NCBI RefSeq assembly: GCF_028641065.1
Contig: NC_073389.1
Location: forward strand, 34,348,001 to 34,412,000
DNA length: 64,000 bases
Reading direction: 5' to 3'
From: Leucoraja erinacea
Lineage: Eukaryota
A program made the translations under genes and the position numbers. The notes under the pieces were generated by a model that ran no database searches, had not been told where the DNA came from, and saw only the letters and a program-made list of their open reading frames with translations. Shown here piece after piece: positions 49,508 through 62,696 of this stretch. Every line of letters begins with the position of its first letter. Position 1 is the first letter of the stretch.

Positions 49508-49904
49508 TGTGTACCGTACGCGGGGGGGACGGGTTTGTAGGACGCCCCTTAGATACGAGGATTTTGTTTGAACGATCTGTACTTCCCTGTACGCGCTATT
49601 AGCATTTTGGTTACTGTATTAATCAGTCAGCACCTAGTAACGTGTTTATTCATATATGTCACTTTAATTTAGATGTGTTTCACTTTTATTCCTACAAGGA
49701 AAGATGTAGATTGGTTACTAACCAATGTAGTGCTTTAATATAAGAAGCTCCACCTGCTAACTCACTATTCATGTTATCGCAACCCGGCATGTGTAATCAG
49801 CCTATGCTGCTGTACAGTAGAAGCAGCATGCTGTAATGTGTTACGTGTTATTCAATAAATACCGATGTACCTGATCTGTGAGTATGTGTGATTTACTCGA
49901 CACA
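49508..49904 (+). mobile_element. Candidate LTR (about 370-400 bp)
   Basis: TGT...ACA ends, CCAAT, TATA-like taatataag, a hairpin, and AATAAA about 45 nt before the end. Confidence 0.4.
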
Positions 49905-50163
49905 GAGGACATAGGTTTAAGGTGACGCGAGGGGGTAGATTTAATAGGAACCCAAGGATAAACTTGTTTTTTTTACACAAAGGGTGGTGGGTAAATGGAA
50001 CAAGCTACCAGAGGAGGCAGTTGCGGCAGGTACTTTCAGAATGTTTACAAGGACAGATACATGGATAGGAAAAGCTGAGAAGGATATGGGCCAAATGCAG
50101 GCAGGACTCGTGCAGATGGGGCACATTGGGCCAAAGGGCCTGTTTGCAAGCTATATAACTATC
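49903..50163 (+). mobile_element. CR1 3' fragment
   Basis: cagaggacataggtttaaggtg; WNKLPEEAV motif. Confidence 0.75.
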
Positions 50164-50339
50164 TCACACCAAGGATCAACCAAAACAAAGGCATTTTGGA
50201 AGTCTTTGGTTGACAGTTGCCTTTTGTGAGTTAACAAATAATTCGCAAAAGCAAAGATAAACGTAGAAAATCTTTTTACTCCTGGTTAAAGTACTACTAA
50301 CATTTAACACCCTTTCTGCTCACACTTTGTACCTATCCA

Positions 50340-50994
50340 GTAAATATTCGGTGGGCAGCACGACTTTCGTCAGCAGCGGTCTCTGCAGTCCGTCTGTATT
50401 TTTATTATTTTTGTCTCGTTTCTATGTAGTTTTTATTTTATTTTTTTGGCGGGGTATGTGTGTGGGGGGTGTGGGTGGGGTAACTTTAAAATCTGTCCCC
50501 TGCACGGGAGGCACGACCTTTTCTTGTCGGGTCACCGTTGTCGTTGGGGCTGCAACGTGTGGCCTCCAACAGGAACGACCTGGGGCTCCAGTTGCGGAGC
50601 TGCGATCCTACTAACCGTCGCGAAGCTGGCCGAGTCCGGAGTGGGTGAAGCTGTGGTGGAGCGCTGCTGTGACCCGACCCCCGGAGATTCGGAGGCTACA
50701 ACCGCGGGTCTGGCGGACGGCAACACCGGAAGCCCGCGGGTCCCTGGTGGGAGACCGCTTTTCGGGGCTTCCTCAGCGGCGACTTCTCCCACCCGAGTTG
50801 CGGGGTTGAAGAGCACCTGGAGCGGGTACTTACCATCGCCCTGCGCGGCTTGGAATGGCCACGGGACTTTGCGAGCGCCCGCCGGGGCTCTATCAACCAA
50901 ACCCGGTGCGCGATCTTGCATCACCCGGCGTGGCTCTAATGGCCGCGGGACAATCACCATCGCCCGCCGGGGGCTTTGAATTTGACTCTGACAT

Positions 50995-51054
<60 letters not shown>

Positions 51055-51230
51055 AGAGATACGATTTTTTTTGCCTACCATCACAGCGATGTGATGGATG
51101 TATGTGGAAATTGTGTTGTGTCTCGGGTCTTTTTTTCGTTTTGTAATGTATGGCTGCAGAGACGTCATTTCGTTTGGACCTCAACGGGGTCCAAATGACA
51201 AATAAATTGTATTGTATTGTATTGTATTGT
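50340..51230 (+). mobile_element. Longer copy of the GC-rich (ATTGT)n-tailed retroelement, with a poly-G tract at about 50996-51048
   Basis: Homology to 44929-45642; tail (attgt)5. Confidence 0.7.
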
Positions 51231-51831
51231 AAATTTCTTACTCAATTCCCTTATCAAAAATATCTGATAGGGTTTGGATCACCAAATTTAAAATAAAAAT
51301 ACCCCATAACATCAAACTAACTTACAAAGCTTCAAGTATTTTCACCAGTTTTGTGATTAAGAATGTAATTCAAAGCTTGTAGGCGGAAGTAAGAATGCAG
51401 CCTTTTAACTCGGTATGGCTTCAATAAAATGTTAAAAAATCCTCCTGTGGAATTTTGGTAGTAATTTGGTCAAATCAAAAACATGAAGGATCTAAATATA
51501 GCAATTGTTCCTCTCCATTCAAAATGCAAGTATCAGAATTGAAGTTTAATGGATCAATACTTTGTTGATGTATATAAATAGTATACATTTCAGACTACTA
51601 ATGAAGTCCAATATCAACGTTAAGATGAGGGTGGTAGGATTACTAGCAAACCTATGTTGAATGTGAGCTCTTTATGGACTTTCAGAAATAATATTAAAAT
51701 TGTTCATACTGAGCACACAGTTCTCATGGAGTAAATATTAAGTGAACAGCTTTTTTAAGTTTGCTTTTTTTCCTATTTATACTCCTGAAAAGCAGATAAA
51801 AGATGCCCAAATAAAATGTACTCATAATTTA

Positions 51832-53205
51832 CAGTGCCCTCCATAATGTTTGGGACAAAGATCCATCATTTATTTATTTGCATCTGTACGCCACAATTTG
51901 AGATTTGTAATAGGAAAAAAAAAAGAAAGAAAAAAAAAATCACATGCGGTTAAAGTATACATTGGCAGATTTTAATAAAGGCAATTTTTACACATTTTGG
52001 TTTCACCATGTAGAAATCACAGCAGTGTTTATACATAGTCTCCCCATTTCAGGGCACCATAATGTTTGGGAAACAGCAATGTCACGTAAATGAAAGTAGT
52101 CATGTTTAGTATTTGTCGCATATCCTTTGCATGCAATGGCTGCTTGATGTCTGCGATTCATGGATATCACCAGTTGCTGGGTGTCTTCTCTGGTGATGCT
52201 CTGCCAGGCCTGTATTGCAACCATCTTTAGCTTATGCATATAAAAGACATGCTCAATTGGGTTCAGATCGGGTGATTGACTTGGCCACTCAAGAATTGAC
52301 CATTTTTTTGCTTTGAAAAACTCCTTTGTTGCTTTAGCAGTATGTTTGGGATCAATGTCTTGCTGTAGAATGAACCGCCGGCCAATGAGTTGAGGCATTT
52401 ATTTGAACTTGAGTAGATAGGATGTGTTTATACACTTCAGAATTCATTATGCTACTACCATCAGCAGTTGTATCATCAATGAAGATAGGTGAGCCAGTAC
52501 CTTCAGCAGCCATACATGCCCAGGCCATAACACCCCCACCACAGTGTTTCACAGATGAGGTGGTATGCTTTGGATCTTGGGCAGTTCCTTCTCTCCTCTA
52601 TACTTTGCTTTTGCCATCACTCTGATATGATAATCTTCGCCTCATCTGTCCACAAGACCTTTTTCCAGAACTGTGGTTGCTCTTTTAAGTACTTCTTGGC
52701 AAACTATAACGTGCCCATCCTATTTTTGCAGCTAACCAGTGGTTTGCATTTTGCAGAGTAGCCTCTGTATTTCTGTTCATGATGTTTTCTGTGGACAGTG
52801 GTCGTTGACAAATCCACACCTGACTCCTGAAGAGTGTTTCTGATCTGTCGGACAGGTGTTTGGGGATTTTACTTTATTATAGACAAAATTCGTCTGTCAT
52901 CAGCTGCAGAGCACTTCTTTGGCCTGCCAGTCCCTTTGCGATTAGTAAGCTCACCTGTGCTCTCTTTCTTCTTAATGATGTTCCAAACAGTTGATTTTGG
53001 TAAGCCTGAGGTTTGGCTGATGTCTCCAACAGTTCAATTCTTGTTTCTCAGTCTCATAATGGTTTATTTGACTTTCATTGGCACCATTTTGGTCCTCATG
53101 TTAATGAACAGCAATAAAAGTTTTCAAAGGTGATGAAAAGACTGGAGGAAAGACTAGGTGCTCAGAACTCACTTATATCTGCATTAAGGAGGCATTTAAA
53201 CACAA
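51832..53205 (-). mobile_element. Second Tc1-family transposon remnant (one TIR, broken transposase)
   Basis: TA|CAGTGCCCTCC TIR; QQDIDPKHTAK...WPSQSPDLNPIEH. Confidence 0.9.
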
Positions 53206-53963
53206 ATTGCTCACTGTGATGGAAGGCGGAAAAAAGTTCAATCTCTTCCCTTCTTTGTTCTCCCACATCTCCGGCAAGGTAAGAGATTGAAAAAAAGTTT
53301 TCCCGATCTTGTAACTGGGATTGGATATTATACCATCATAGCTCTAATATACATTTATAACATCATAGAACAAACTTCATTTTCAGTAACCTGTGTGGAT
53401 ACACAGAATCAGTAGCCAGATGGTCAGAACCCGGCAAAGCTTCAACATTTTCTGGGCACCAAAGTTCATACATTTCATCCTAATTAATGTATGATTCTAA
53501 TTAATGTATAATAGGATAGGTAAAATAAAAGTTATTCTTGCAAGTACAGGACAAGGAGATATAACAGAATTAGAGGGTGCTATCAGAAGACCCTTTACAA
53601 CGACGATAATTGAAATTTAGTATTCTATTGTCCAATCTCCCACCACCAAACAGGTTGTAACTTCAACAAATTTATGATTTCAAACCAAAAAGGATAGATT
53701 TTGTTCGGCAAACATTTCAAGGACTTAAGTATTAAAACAAGTTGATACTAATTATGAGCAAACAAGGTGAGAACTTGATCTGATTCCTTGTTCCTTTGTT
53801 TCATTACAAATACCCAGTCTCCTTGAGTGGCATCCGAACCACACTGAAATTTTAAGCCTGGCCCCAAAAACATCACTATTCAAATGCTTTTCATCAAACT
53901 TGCACAAACAAACCACTAGATCATTTAACTTGGATAGTCAATGAACACTAGGGTACAACTTAC

Positions 53964-54092
53964 CATCGCCCACAGGTGCTGGATCTGGACCAGTTTTTTC
54001 AAAGTTCAGCACCACTCCACTTTGTACTTTTTGCACAAGTGACTCCAGACACTGAAGCAGCATTCGTTGCGTGCACACACAGTATGAACGAC
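53964..54092 (-). CDS. INTS6: INTS6 ex6 (129 nt), GRSYCVCTQRMLLQCLESLVQKVQSGVVLNFEKTGPDPAPVGD
   Basis: tgtag/gtaagt splice sites. Conserved motif. Confidence 0.95.
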
Positions 54093-55217
54093 CTACAGGC
54101 AGAAATAGAAAGTCAGCTATATTTGTGGAGACCAGACATAATCGGCAAATAAATGCTTTCAGTTTTTTTTTTGGCTATTTTTCCACTAGTGAACACAGCT
54201 GTCATCCCTTACAATAGGGTCTGATTTTTTTTAGAAAACAGAAAAAATACATGAAACGTCAAAGGTTCCGCAAGGAGATTGCTCATATCATACTCAGTTG
54301 AGATAAAATGCTGATATATCCAATACATCAAAAGCTCAAAAATTTTAAGGATACGCTGTTTATCAAAGATATTACCACGCAAGTTCCTTTTCTTAATTAA
54401 GTGGGTGAAATAAAGGATCAACCCTCTGCACAGTTACTGCATGAGATAGCAAAGCACGAAACTAGGGACAGAGGAGAAAGCCTTAAAAGAGGAAAACAAT
54501 GAGTAATACTTGATTCCTGCCTTTCATCAATTCGGCCTGTTGGTCAGTATGTGCAGTCCAGTCCACCTCCACATTTCTTCACAAAGCACTAAGTAAACTG
54601 TACAATTTACTATACTGTAAATTTACTGTACAATTATAGTCACTTGTGTTACACATGTTTAAAACTGTCAAATGTGTTCATGTACCTTCACACCCAGCTC
54701 TGGTAGAAAGTCATTAACTTAAAATGGTAACAGTCTCTCCATAAATGATGGAGCAATTTCCAGCAATTTATTTCCATTTTCCAGCATCTGAAAATTAACC
54801 ACACCATTGGGGTCAAGTGTGTTGGACAAACTTTAGTCTACACAGTCCTTTTTTACTAACACCTGGCACACTGCACAAATATTAGGTCATTAAACATGGA
54901 ATATAGACAGGTTTTGTGATGTTATGCTCTTAATAATTCAGTTTGCTACAACTGCAACTGAATATGTGGAAGGACTCCTAACCTAATAAGTGCATTATGA
55001 CAAATACATTTTTTTGTTCTGAGCAAATACAAACTGCAAAGTTGAGATTGCTCCTCTGATTAATGGTAGCAAACCAACCATGCTTCATATGATAAGAAGT
55101 TATCAGAAACAAGGCTCACATTTAATTGCCTTCTGAAGTGTCTTAGGGTCAAGTTTCTCAGTTGCATCAAGGAACCATTAATCATTTGGAGGTATCTATT
55201 AATTGCAGTGGTTCGAA

Positions 55218-56255
55218 CAATAGACAATAGGTGCAGGAGCAGGCCATTCGGTCCTTCGAGCCAGCACCGCTATTCAATGTGATCATGGCTGTTCATCCTC
55301 AATCAGTACCCCGTTCCTGCCTTCTCCCCATATCCCCCGACTCCACTATCTTTAAGAGCCCTATCTAGCTCTCTCTTGAAAGTATCCAGAGAACCGGCCT
55401 CCACCGCCCTCTGAGGCAGAGAATTCCACAGACTCACAACTCTCTGTGAGAAAAAGTGTTTCCTCGTCTCCGTTCTAAATGGCTTACCCCTTATTCTTAA
55501 ACTGTGGCCCCTGGTTCTGGACTCCTCCAACATCGGTAACATGTTTTCTGCCTCTAGCGTGCCCAAACCCTTAACAATCTTATATGTTTCAATAAGATAT
55601 CCTCTCATCCTTCTAAACTCTAGTGTACAAGCCCAGCCACTCCATATGGCAGTCCCTCCATCCCGGGAATTAACCTTGTAAACCTACGCTGCACTCCCTC
55701 AATAGCAAGAATGTCCTTCCTCAAATTAGGGGACCAAAACTGCACACAATACTCCAGGTGTTGTCTCACTAGGGCCCTGTACAACTGCAGAAGGACCTCT
55801 TTGCTCCTATATTCTTTTTGTTATAAAGGCCAACATGCTATTCACTTTCTTCACTGCCTGCTGTACCTGCATGTTCACTTTCATAGACTGATGTACAAGG
55901 ATCCCCAGATCCCATTGTACTTCCCCTTTTCCCAACTTGACGCCATTTAGATAGTAATCTGCCTTCCTGTTTTTGATACCGAAGTGGATAACCTCACATT
56001 TATCCACATTAAACTTCATCTGCCATGCATCTGCCCACTCCCCCAAGTCACCCTGCATTCTCATAGCATCCTCCCCACAGTTCACACTGCCACCCAGCTT
56101 TGTGTCAACTGCAAATTTGCTAATGTTATTTTGAATCCCTTCATCCAAATCATTGATGTATATTGTAAATAGCTGTGGTCCCAGCACCAAGCCTTGAGGT
56201 ACCCCACTAGTCACTGTCTGCCATTCAGAAAGGGACCCGTAAATCCCTACTCTTC
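55218..56255 (-). mobile_element. CR1 LINE 3' portion
   Basis: SGVPQG.VLGP.LFTIYINDL, RTRGHSL, WNSLP; (caataga)n tail. Confidence 0.9.
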
Positions 56256-56789
56256 CATTCCATATTCAAAGATGGGCAACATGCTGCCTTTGCTTGGAAC
56301 AATAAAACCTCATGAACATTTTAAGTTTTTCCATAACAAGCTTTAGGAATATTCTGTCATTATTGCTGACAGGATATTTAAGTGATCTATTATTAATAAT
56401 AAAGAACTCGACATCATCTGGCCAAGTGATGATGCAGTTCAAGTAACTTGTTTTGATCAGTACAATAATATGCTCCAAGTAACTGGAGACCATTCTAAGA
56501 CTAGAAGATGCAAAAGGAAGACATTTCCCCGAGGACTTTTACAATCCTAACACAAGACATGACCAATTAGTTGAAAGAATGAATAGAAGCACTGTAAAGT
56601 TTTTAAGAAAAATTAGGAAAGCCAAAGCCACATCTTTTATATTTTCACAAAAGAACTTGCATTTCGATGTTCTTTCCACAGTATTAGCAACAGTAGTTAC
56701 TACTGTATTGGTGGAAGTGTATGAGCCATTTGCTAATTCTTCCCTCTGCTTTTTTAACCAACTCTCACTATGCCAGTATATTCCATTTC

Positions 56790-57340
56790 CATTTGGTTTA
56801 TGCTTTTGATGAACCTGTGGGACATTATTGAAAGCCTTTCAAAATCTAAATAGAGCACAGCTACTGGTCCCCTTTATTTATTCTGCTGGCATTATCCTCA
56901 AAGAACTCCAGTACTTTAATCAAACACAAGTTTCATGCCACAGGTGAATGGTGATCCTGCTCAATCCTTGTATACTTTACCGTTTTATATCCTTCATTAT
57001 ATAGTGCAGCAATTTCTGAAAGTTCCTTATTCTGGACCCTACATTTGTCTAAACCAATAACGCATTACATAGAGCAAGGGACCAGCAAGTGAACCTTGTA
57101 GTGGCTGAATAGTAATAACCTTCCAGTCACAAAAACACCTAGTAACCATTATACTCTGCTGCCCGACGATGAACAAACATTTAATCCAATTTGCTGCTCT
57201 CCCTTGGATTCCATGGCCTTTATGACCAGCTTGCCTTGAAGCCGCACGTAAAAGCCTTGCTAAAATCCAAATTCAATCCGTACACAAAATTCACTGTTCA
57301 CATTAACCCTCTGACCTTTACTCAGAAAACATTAATCAGA
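56790..57340 (-). mobile_element. Old CR1 fragments
   Basis: gtgggacattattgaaagccttt and aaagccttgctaaaatcca (LDF.KAFD region). Confidence 0.5.
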
Positions 57341-58154
57341 TTTTCAGACACGAGTCAAGAGTATTTTATTGTCATATGTCCCAGATAGAACAATGAAATT
57401 CTTACTTGCTGCATGACCTATCTTTTAAAAAACTACACTGAATTATCTCTTTAATCCATACCTTTCTACCAAATGGTTTATGGTGTTTCTGAGAATGGAT
57501 TTAAGATTTCCCCTTCTGCTTAGTTTATCCCCATTCAATAGTAAATATTCCTCCTCCTTAACTGTAACAACTGCACTATTCCCCTCCTCTTTGAAGAAAA
57601 CTATAAATTATTTATTCAGAAATTGGCCTCTATATCCCTCATCTCTATGTACATCATTCTCAGTGCCTCATAAACAGCATTCTTTCCTTATCCATGTTCT
57701 TTAAATGCTTAAAACACCCATGGTTTCTCGATCTTACTTGCAGTCTAACACACCATTTAGGACAGCATCCTTCACACTGCAATTAGCTGGACCAGCTATA
57801 ATTTAGTTTATTCTTTTTTTTTGTAGAATATCAAAAGTACACATATAAATTTATGCATATCCAAACTATGTATTTCTTCAACTTGATTACATTTCATTTT
57901 GCAGTTCATAACGTATACAGGTCTTGCTGCAATTCTGTCCTGCATCCAATACAAGCCAACGCCATGCATTATGCGAACTGACATAAATGTCATTGTACAA
58001 AATGACAAGTGCACAAAGTACATGAAGATTTGAATAATATGTAAGGGTGCAGTAATTCTGTCATGACTAATTATAGGAAAGCAAATTGAATTTAAACAGT
58101 TTATTTTGAAGGGCGAGATAGTCCATTCAAACTTTAATTGGACAATAATCTCAC

Positions 58155-58338
58155 CTCCTGTAACTTCACACATGGGTGTGATGGCAGATTCATCAGATGG
58201 CACACTGCCCAATTGCTCTGTTTCAAGGGGCATCAATCCAGGAAGACGCAAGACTAGGGCAAACAATCGCTGATCCCAACGAAATGGCTCTTTAGTTAAT
58301 TCACTCCCTGGCAAGGGGGAATTTAATGGTAGGTGGAG
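58155..58338 (-). CDS. INTS6: INTS6 ex5 (184 nt), LHLPLNSPLPGSELTKEPFRWDQRLFALVLRLPG...MCEVTG (VWA domain)
   Basis: ttccag/gtgaga splice sites. Invariant INTS6 motif. Confidence 0.96.
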
Positions 58339-61078
58339 CTGGAATTGTGAAAAGAAATAGCTCAATTAATATTTTATTCAAGTGCAACTACAAATTTAAT
58401 TGTATATCCTTGTTTTTAATAACACGCAAGGATAAAGGCGAAAGAAGAAGTGTGTACAATTGTTGTCCATGGCAAAAGATTTCAAACTATAGTTTGAATC
58501 AAATCAAAGTTGGGTGCTTCCTGTTAAGTGTTGAACCATAAAGCCTGTCAGACACTGACAACCAGAGTGACAAAGAAAGGGCTTCAGCATCCAAGCTTCA
58601 GGGGCAGGAGGAGGCAGAATCAATTTGGAGTACAAATTTACAACCAATAATTTATTACCAGCTATTTTTTTTTTTTAAATCCCTTTTCAATAGTCGAACG
58701 CTCTGCCAACATATATAAAATAGCATTGTTGCATTTACATTGAAAGGGTTTTTAGTCTTCACAACATCCAATACATCCAATATGGTAATGTGTAGCTTTG
58801 TACACCAGTTGGTGTGATGACTCTCAATCTTATTGTTGGAACATTCTAGAATTCTTAACACTGGATGATAAATCTATCCTGCAATAGACCAAGTAATTAA
58901 CCAACCATCACCTATATGACTTTGTAAACAAATATACCCAAACAAATCTGTCCAACATTAGGCAGATCAATGACTCAATCTCAGTGCCACTAAATTTCAC
59001 TGTGGTATTGCCATTTTTTAAAAATTTGCTATAAAGCTGAGCAGTCTTAAAATTGATAAAGGAATACTGCAGTTAAAACCAAAGAGTAGGTGTTTATTTT
59101 CAAAATTCAATTTTGCAGCTCTAATAGGACCATATGGTGCTGCATGTGAATTACAATAACATTTCACAAACTGAAGGCATTAGAGAAAACTATGAAACAT
59201 TTTTAACCTTTTCCACAGATGAAGATACAATTGAGAAATGCTATGCATCGTGCATTGCCCAGTTACCTATGGCATGAAAGACTATTCATCTAGCCCATAA
59301 CACAAGTGCACAGTTATTGAAAGGAATAACTCCCACTATGAGAAGGATAACATATTGACAATACTCCCCAATCTAAGAATAACACCATAACTACCTGATT
59401 CAAATTTCAAATGACTATAACTTATTTTTTTCTCTAATTTATTAGAGCAAATGATTCCTTTTGAAGAGAATTGTGAGTTGCACTGGGCTACTTCTGAGCA
59501 ACCTAAAATGTCCTCATATCCAACCCTCCAAAATAAGCAGAGTAAGGAGCATAGTGAACTTTTAGACCAGCTTACTTCTGCAGTACATTGAACAACTATT
59601 CAGAATGGGCTAATTTGGTTGAAGGCAGAGTAGGTTAGCTGCACAAAGAAACTGTTTGAACCATTTCAGCATTCTGGTATGAGTCAATAGCACGTGCCAA
59701 TCCACAGAACTCTGCTCTTCAATGGAACAAGTCAGAGGAGATGCAAGAACTTTGCAAATGTGTTGTGAATCATTTGCAGCACTAACAAGTAAAACCCATG
59801 TCCAATCCTCACCAAGAGGAAACAGTGGAACACATTGATTAAACTAAGACAGGAAAATTCTCAGACGAGTTCATCTGTTTAAAGGAAGCAGGGATGTTTC
59901 CACTGAAAGACCATTTTCCCTGAATTGTTTCCACTGAATTGCCAGGCTTGCAATTTAACGACATGTCAGGGTACATGATTATGCACAAATCCACCATGCT
60001 CTCTGAAGGATGTATCTAACATCCTTAGTTTAAAATTTGAAGATCATACCAACCAAGAACATACATGGGTATAATTAAACCTTACCCTTTATAGGGCAGA
60101 ATGATGGTATAATACTGGATTTGAGGTTTTTAGCCACCTATTATAACCAAAATGATGCACTACAGTTTGAAACCTAATGTTCAATATCCTTTTTCTATTT
60201 TATTTCTTTAGAAATGGGCATTGAAATATAGCAGGCTATGTGTGGCCATGGCACAAGGCAGATGGAACATAATATAGTGCTCTTTCAGGAGAGCAAGCAT
60301 ATGATGCCACTACTTCAGACACAACAGCAGCCATGAATGTGGATGCCTCGTTACACATCCAATACATGCATACAATTATCTCCCCGGGTTGTCAGGATCA
60401 CCAATCTCTTGAGCATAGTTGCCTTGCAAGATATGTAGTCTTCCTAATGGTACAGGATAATTACACAGAAAGGGTTATGCATTTGGGAGGCCCATCGACC
60501 CAAATGTATTAGCTGCCGGCTAACTGAGTCAATTAGAACTTACTACAATCTCACTAACCATGCCATTTTCCTGACTCCCAAGAGTCAACTACGTCCCCCA
60601 CTATTCACCACATACCCCAAATTCCATGACAAAACAAGTAAATAAATATTGGATGCATCAACTGAAATGGATCCAAAATAGTCAATTTCATTCCACTGAT
60701 CCATCGTGTCCTTTTCCAATACCTTGATTAATAATGTAATAATCACATGACCCTTAAGGAGTCTTTGGTCTTTCAGACTTTCTCAAGTTTGCAAGATCTG
60801 CTCCTCATTCACACTTATACCTTCCTCTCAGCCTTCATGTCGTACTGCTGCGTGCATGAAATAATCAGATAATTATCTTATGCTTTTGATCACAATAAAC
60901 ATTTCTTCATTACTTCAAAATACCAGCATCCATTTGAAACTTGCCTTTAACAATTAAGCAACAACTGTCAAATGTATTTCTAGTCTTCAAGATTAAAAAA
61001 AAAAAACTTTTTAAACCATGATGAATAACACATAGAATGAGGGAAAATTAAGTTAATTATCCTGTTCATTGAATCATT

Positions 61079-61700
61079 GGGTAGCACGGTGGAGTAATGG
61101 TAGAGCTACTGTCTTACAGTGCCAGAGATCTGGGTTTGTTCCCGATGTTGGGGGAGTCCAGAACCAGGGGCCACAGTTTAAGAATAAGGGGTAGGCCACT
61201 TAGAACAGAGTTGAGGAAAAACGTTTTCACCCAGAGTTGTGAATCTGTGGAATTCTCTGCCTCAGAAGGCAGTGGAGGTCAATTCTCTGTATGCTTTCAA
61301 GAGAGAGTTAGATAGAGCTCTTAAAGATAGCGCAGTCAAAGGATATGGGGAGAAGGCATGAACGGGGTGCTGATTGTGGATGATTAGCCATGATCACATT
61401 GAATGGCGGTGTTAGCACAAAGGGCCGAATGGCCTACTCCTGCACCTAATGTCTATTGATTATGGGTGCTGGTCTGTACAGCGTTTGTGCATTTTTCCCG
61501 TGACCTGCTTGGGTTTTCTCCGAGATCTTCGATTTCCTCCCACACTTCAAAGACTGACAGGTTTTAAGGTCAATTGGCTAGGTATAAAAATGTAAATTAG
61601 CCGTAGTTTGTGTGTTGGATAGTGTTAGTGTGCAGGGTTCACTGGTTGGTGTGGACTCGGTGGGCCGAAGGGCCTGCTTCCACGCTGTATCTCTAAATAA
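61079..61700 (+). mobile_element. HE1/V-type SINE split by a CR1 3' end (about 61138-61459)
   Basis: SINE head, then CR1 ESRTRGHSL to tail, then the SINE resumes at tatgggtgc. Confidence 0.8.
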
Positions 61701-61796
61701 TCTTAAATTACACTCAAGGGACAAGAATAAAGCTCATGAAAAGAAAATCTATTAACAAAAATTGGTATGATCATTAATAAAAAGACCATAATTTAC

Positions 61797-61886
61797 CTCC
61801 TCCTGTACGCCACCATTGTTTGTTAATTTATTCCCATCAGTGATTGTGATGATGATTGATGGCTCAAGAAAGAAAGGATTCCTTCC
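61797..61886 (-). CDS. INTS6: INTS6 ex4 (90 nt), GRNPFFLEPSIIITITDGNKLTNNGGVQEE; exons 1-3 lie beyond the window
   Basis: tttcag/gtaaat splice sites. VWA ITDG motif. Confidence 0.95.
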
Positions 61887-62696
61887 CTGAAAAACAAATT
61901 AATTTTATTTTGTAAGTCTGTGCTGTTGTTAATGTTCCTATCTGCATCATAGCTGATACCGAGCGCACGCTGAGCTGGAAGAAACCGATAAAAAGTGAAT
62001 ATTTTTTTTTTTTTTCGTAAAGGTTGGTCAACAAGGTGAGAAAAATTCCTTGAAATGGTACTTAGTATTTTTAATAAATCATGCAATAAGCTTTATGCAT
62101 ATGTTTTGAAGTTTTGTTCCCATTTCGTACCAAGGTCCCGCCCTCCTGGATATTGGATACAGCACTTGCTGACATGACTCGCCTTCACACTAGATGACAT
62201 GCCAGAGGAATTTGGATCAGAACGTATTGACCTATGACCTTCATCAAAAGCACTTTAGGTACTGAATCAAGCATAATTCAAAGTGTTCCTCCAGTATTAA
62301 CATTTTATCAGTCACATCATTTTAATGAATTACAATTATCAAAGCTGGCAGCCGAGAGCACCCAAGCATTCATGTGGTGATATCCACTTCACAGATGCCT
62401 TGCTGTGACTCAGGATAACCTGTTATGGGGTTTAATTGGCCTGTTCATGGTGTAGCTGGAAACCTAAGCAGATGTACCTCCACTCTTCCACACCATCCCC
62501 CACATCATTGTTTTTGACCTCTCCATCTCCCACAGCTGAGGAGAGAACCCTTTAGTAGTACTTATTCTTCTCATTAATCAACACATGCATGACACAGCAG
62601 CCATCTGTTTAATTGAAATCAGATTTATAATACTTATGGGTGATATCCAATAAGAAACTGTAGCACATAATCAACTCACCAAAAAATATTTTTGAG

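Noticed and set aside
50996-51048. Long poly-G tract as a functional G4 or poly-Gly/Pro coding element
   Set aside because: An expansion of a short G run within a TE (short in the 44929 copy); homopolymer length is unreliable.
57808-58365. 185-aa ORF as a standalone gene
   Set aside because: Only 58155-58338 is exon; the rest is intron read-through. The same applies to ORFs 14907..15395, 17349..17771 and 19180..19632.
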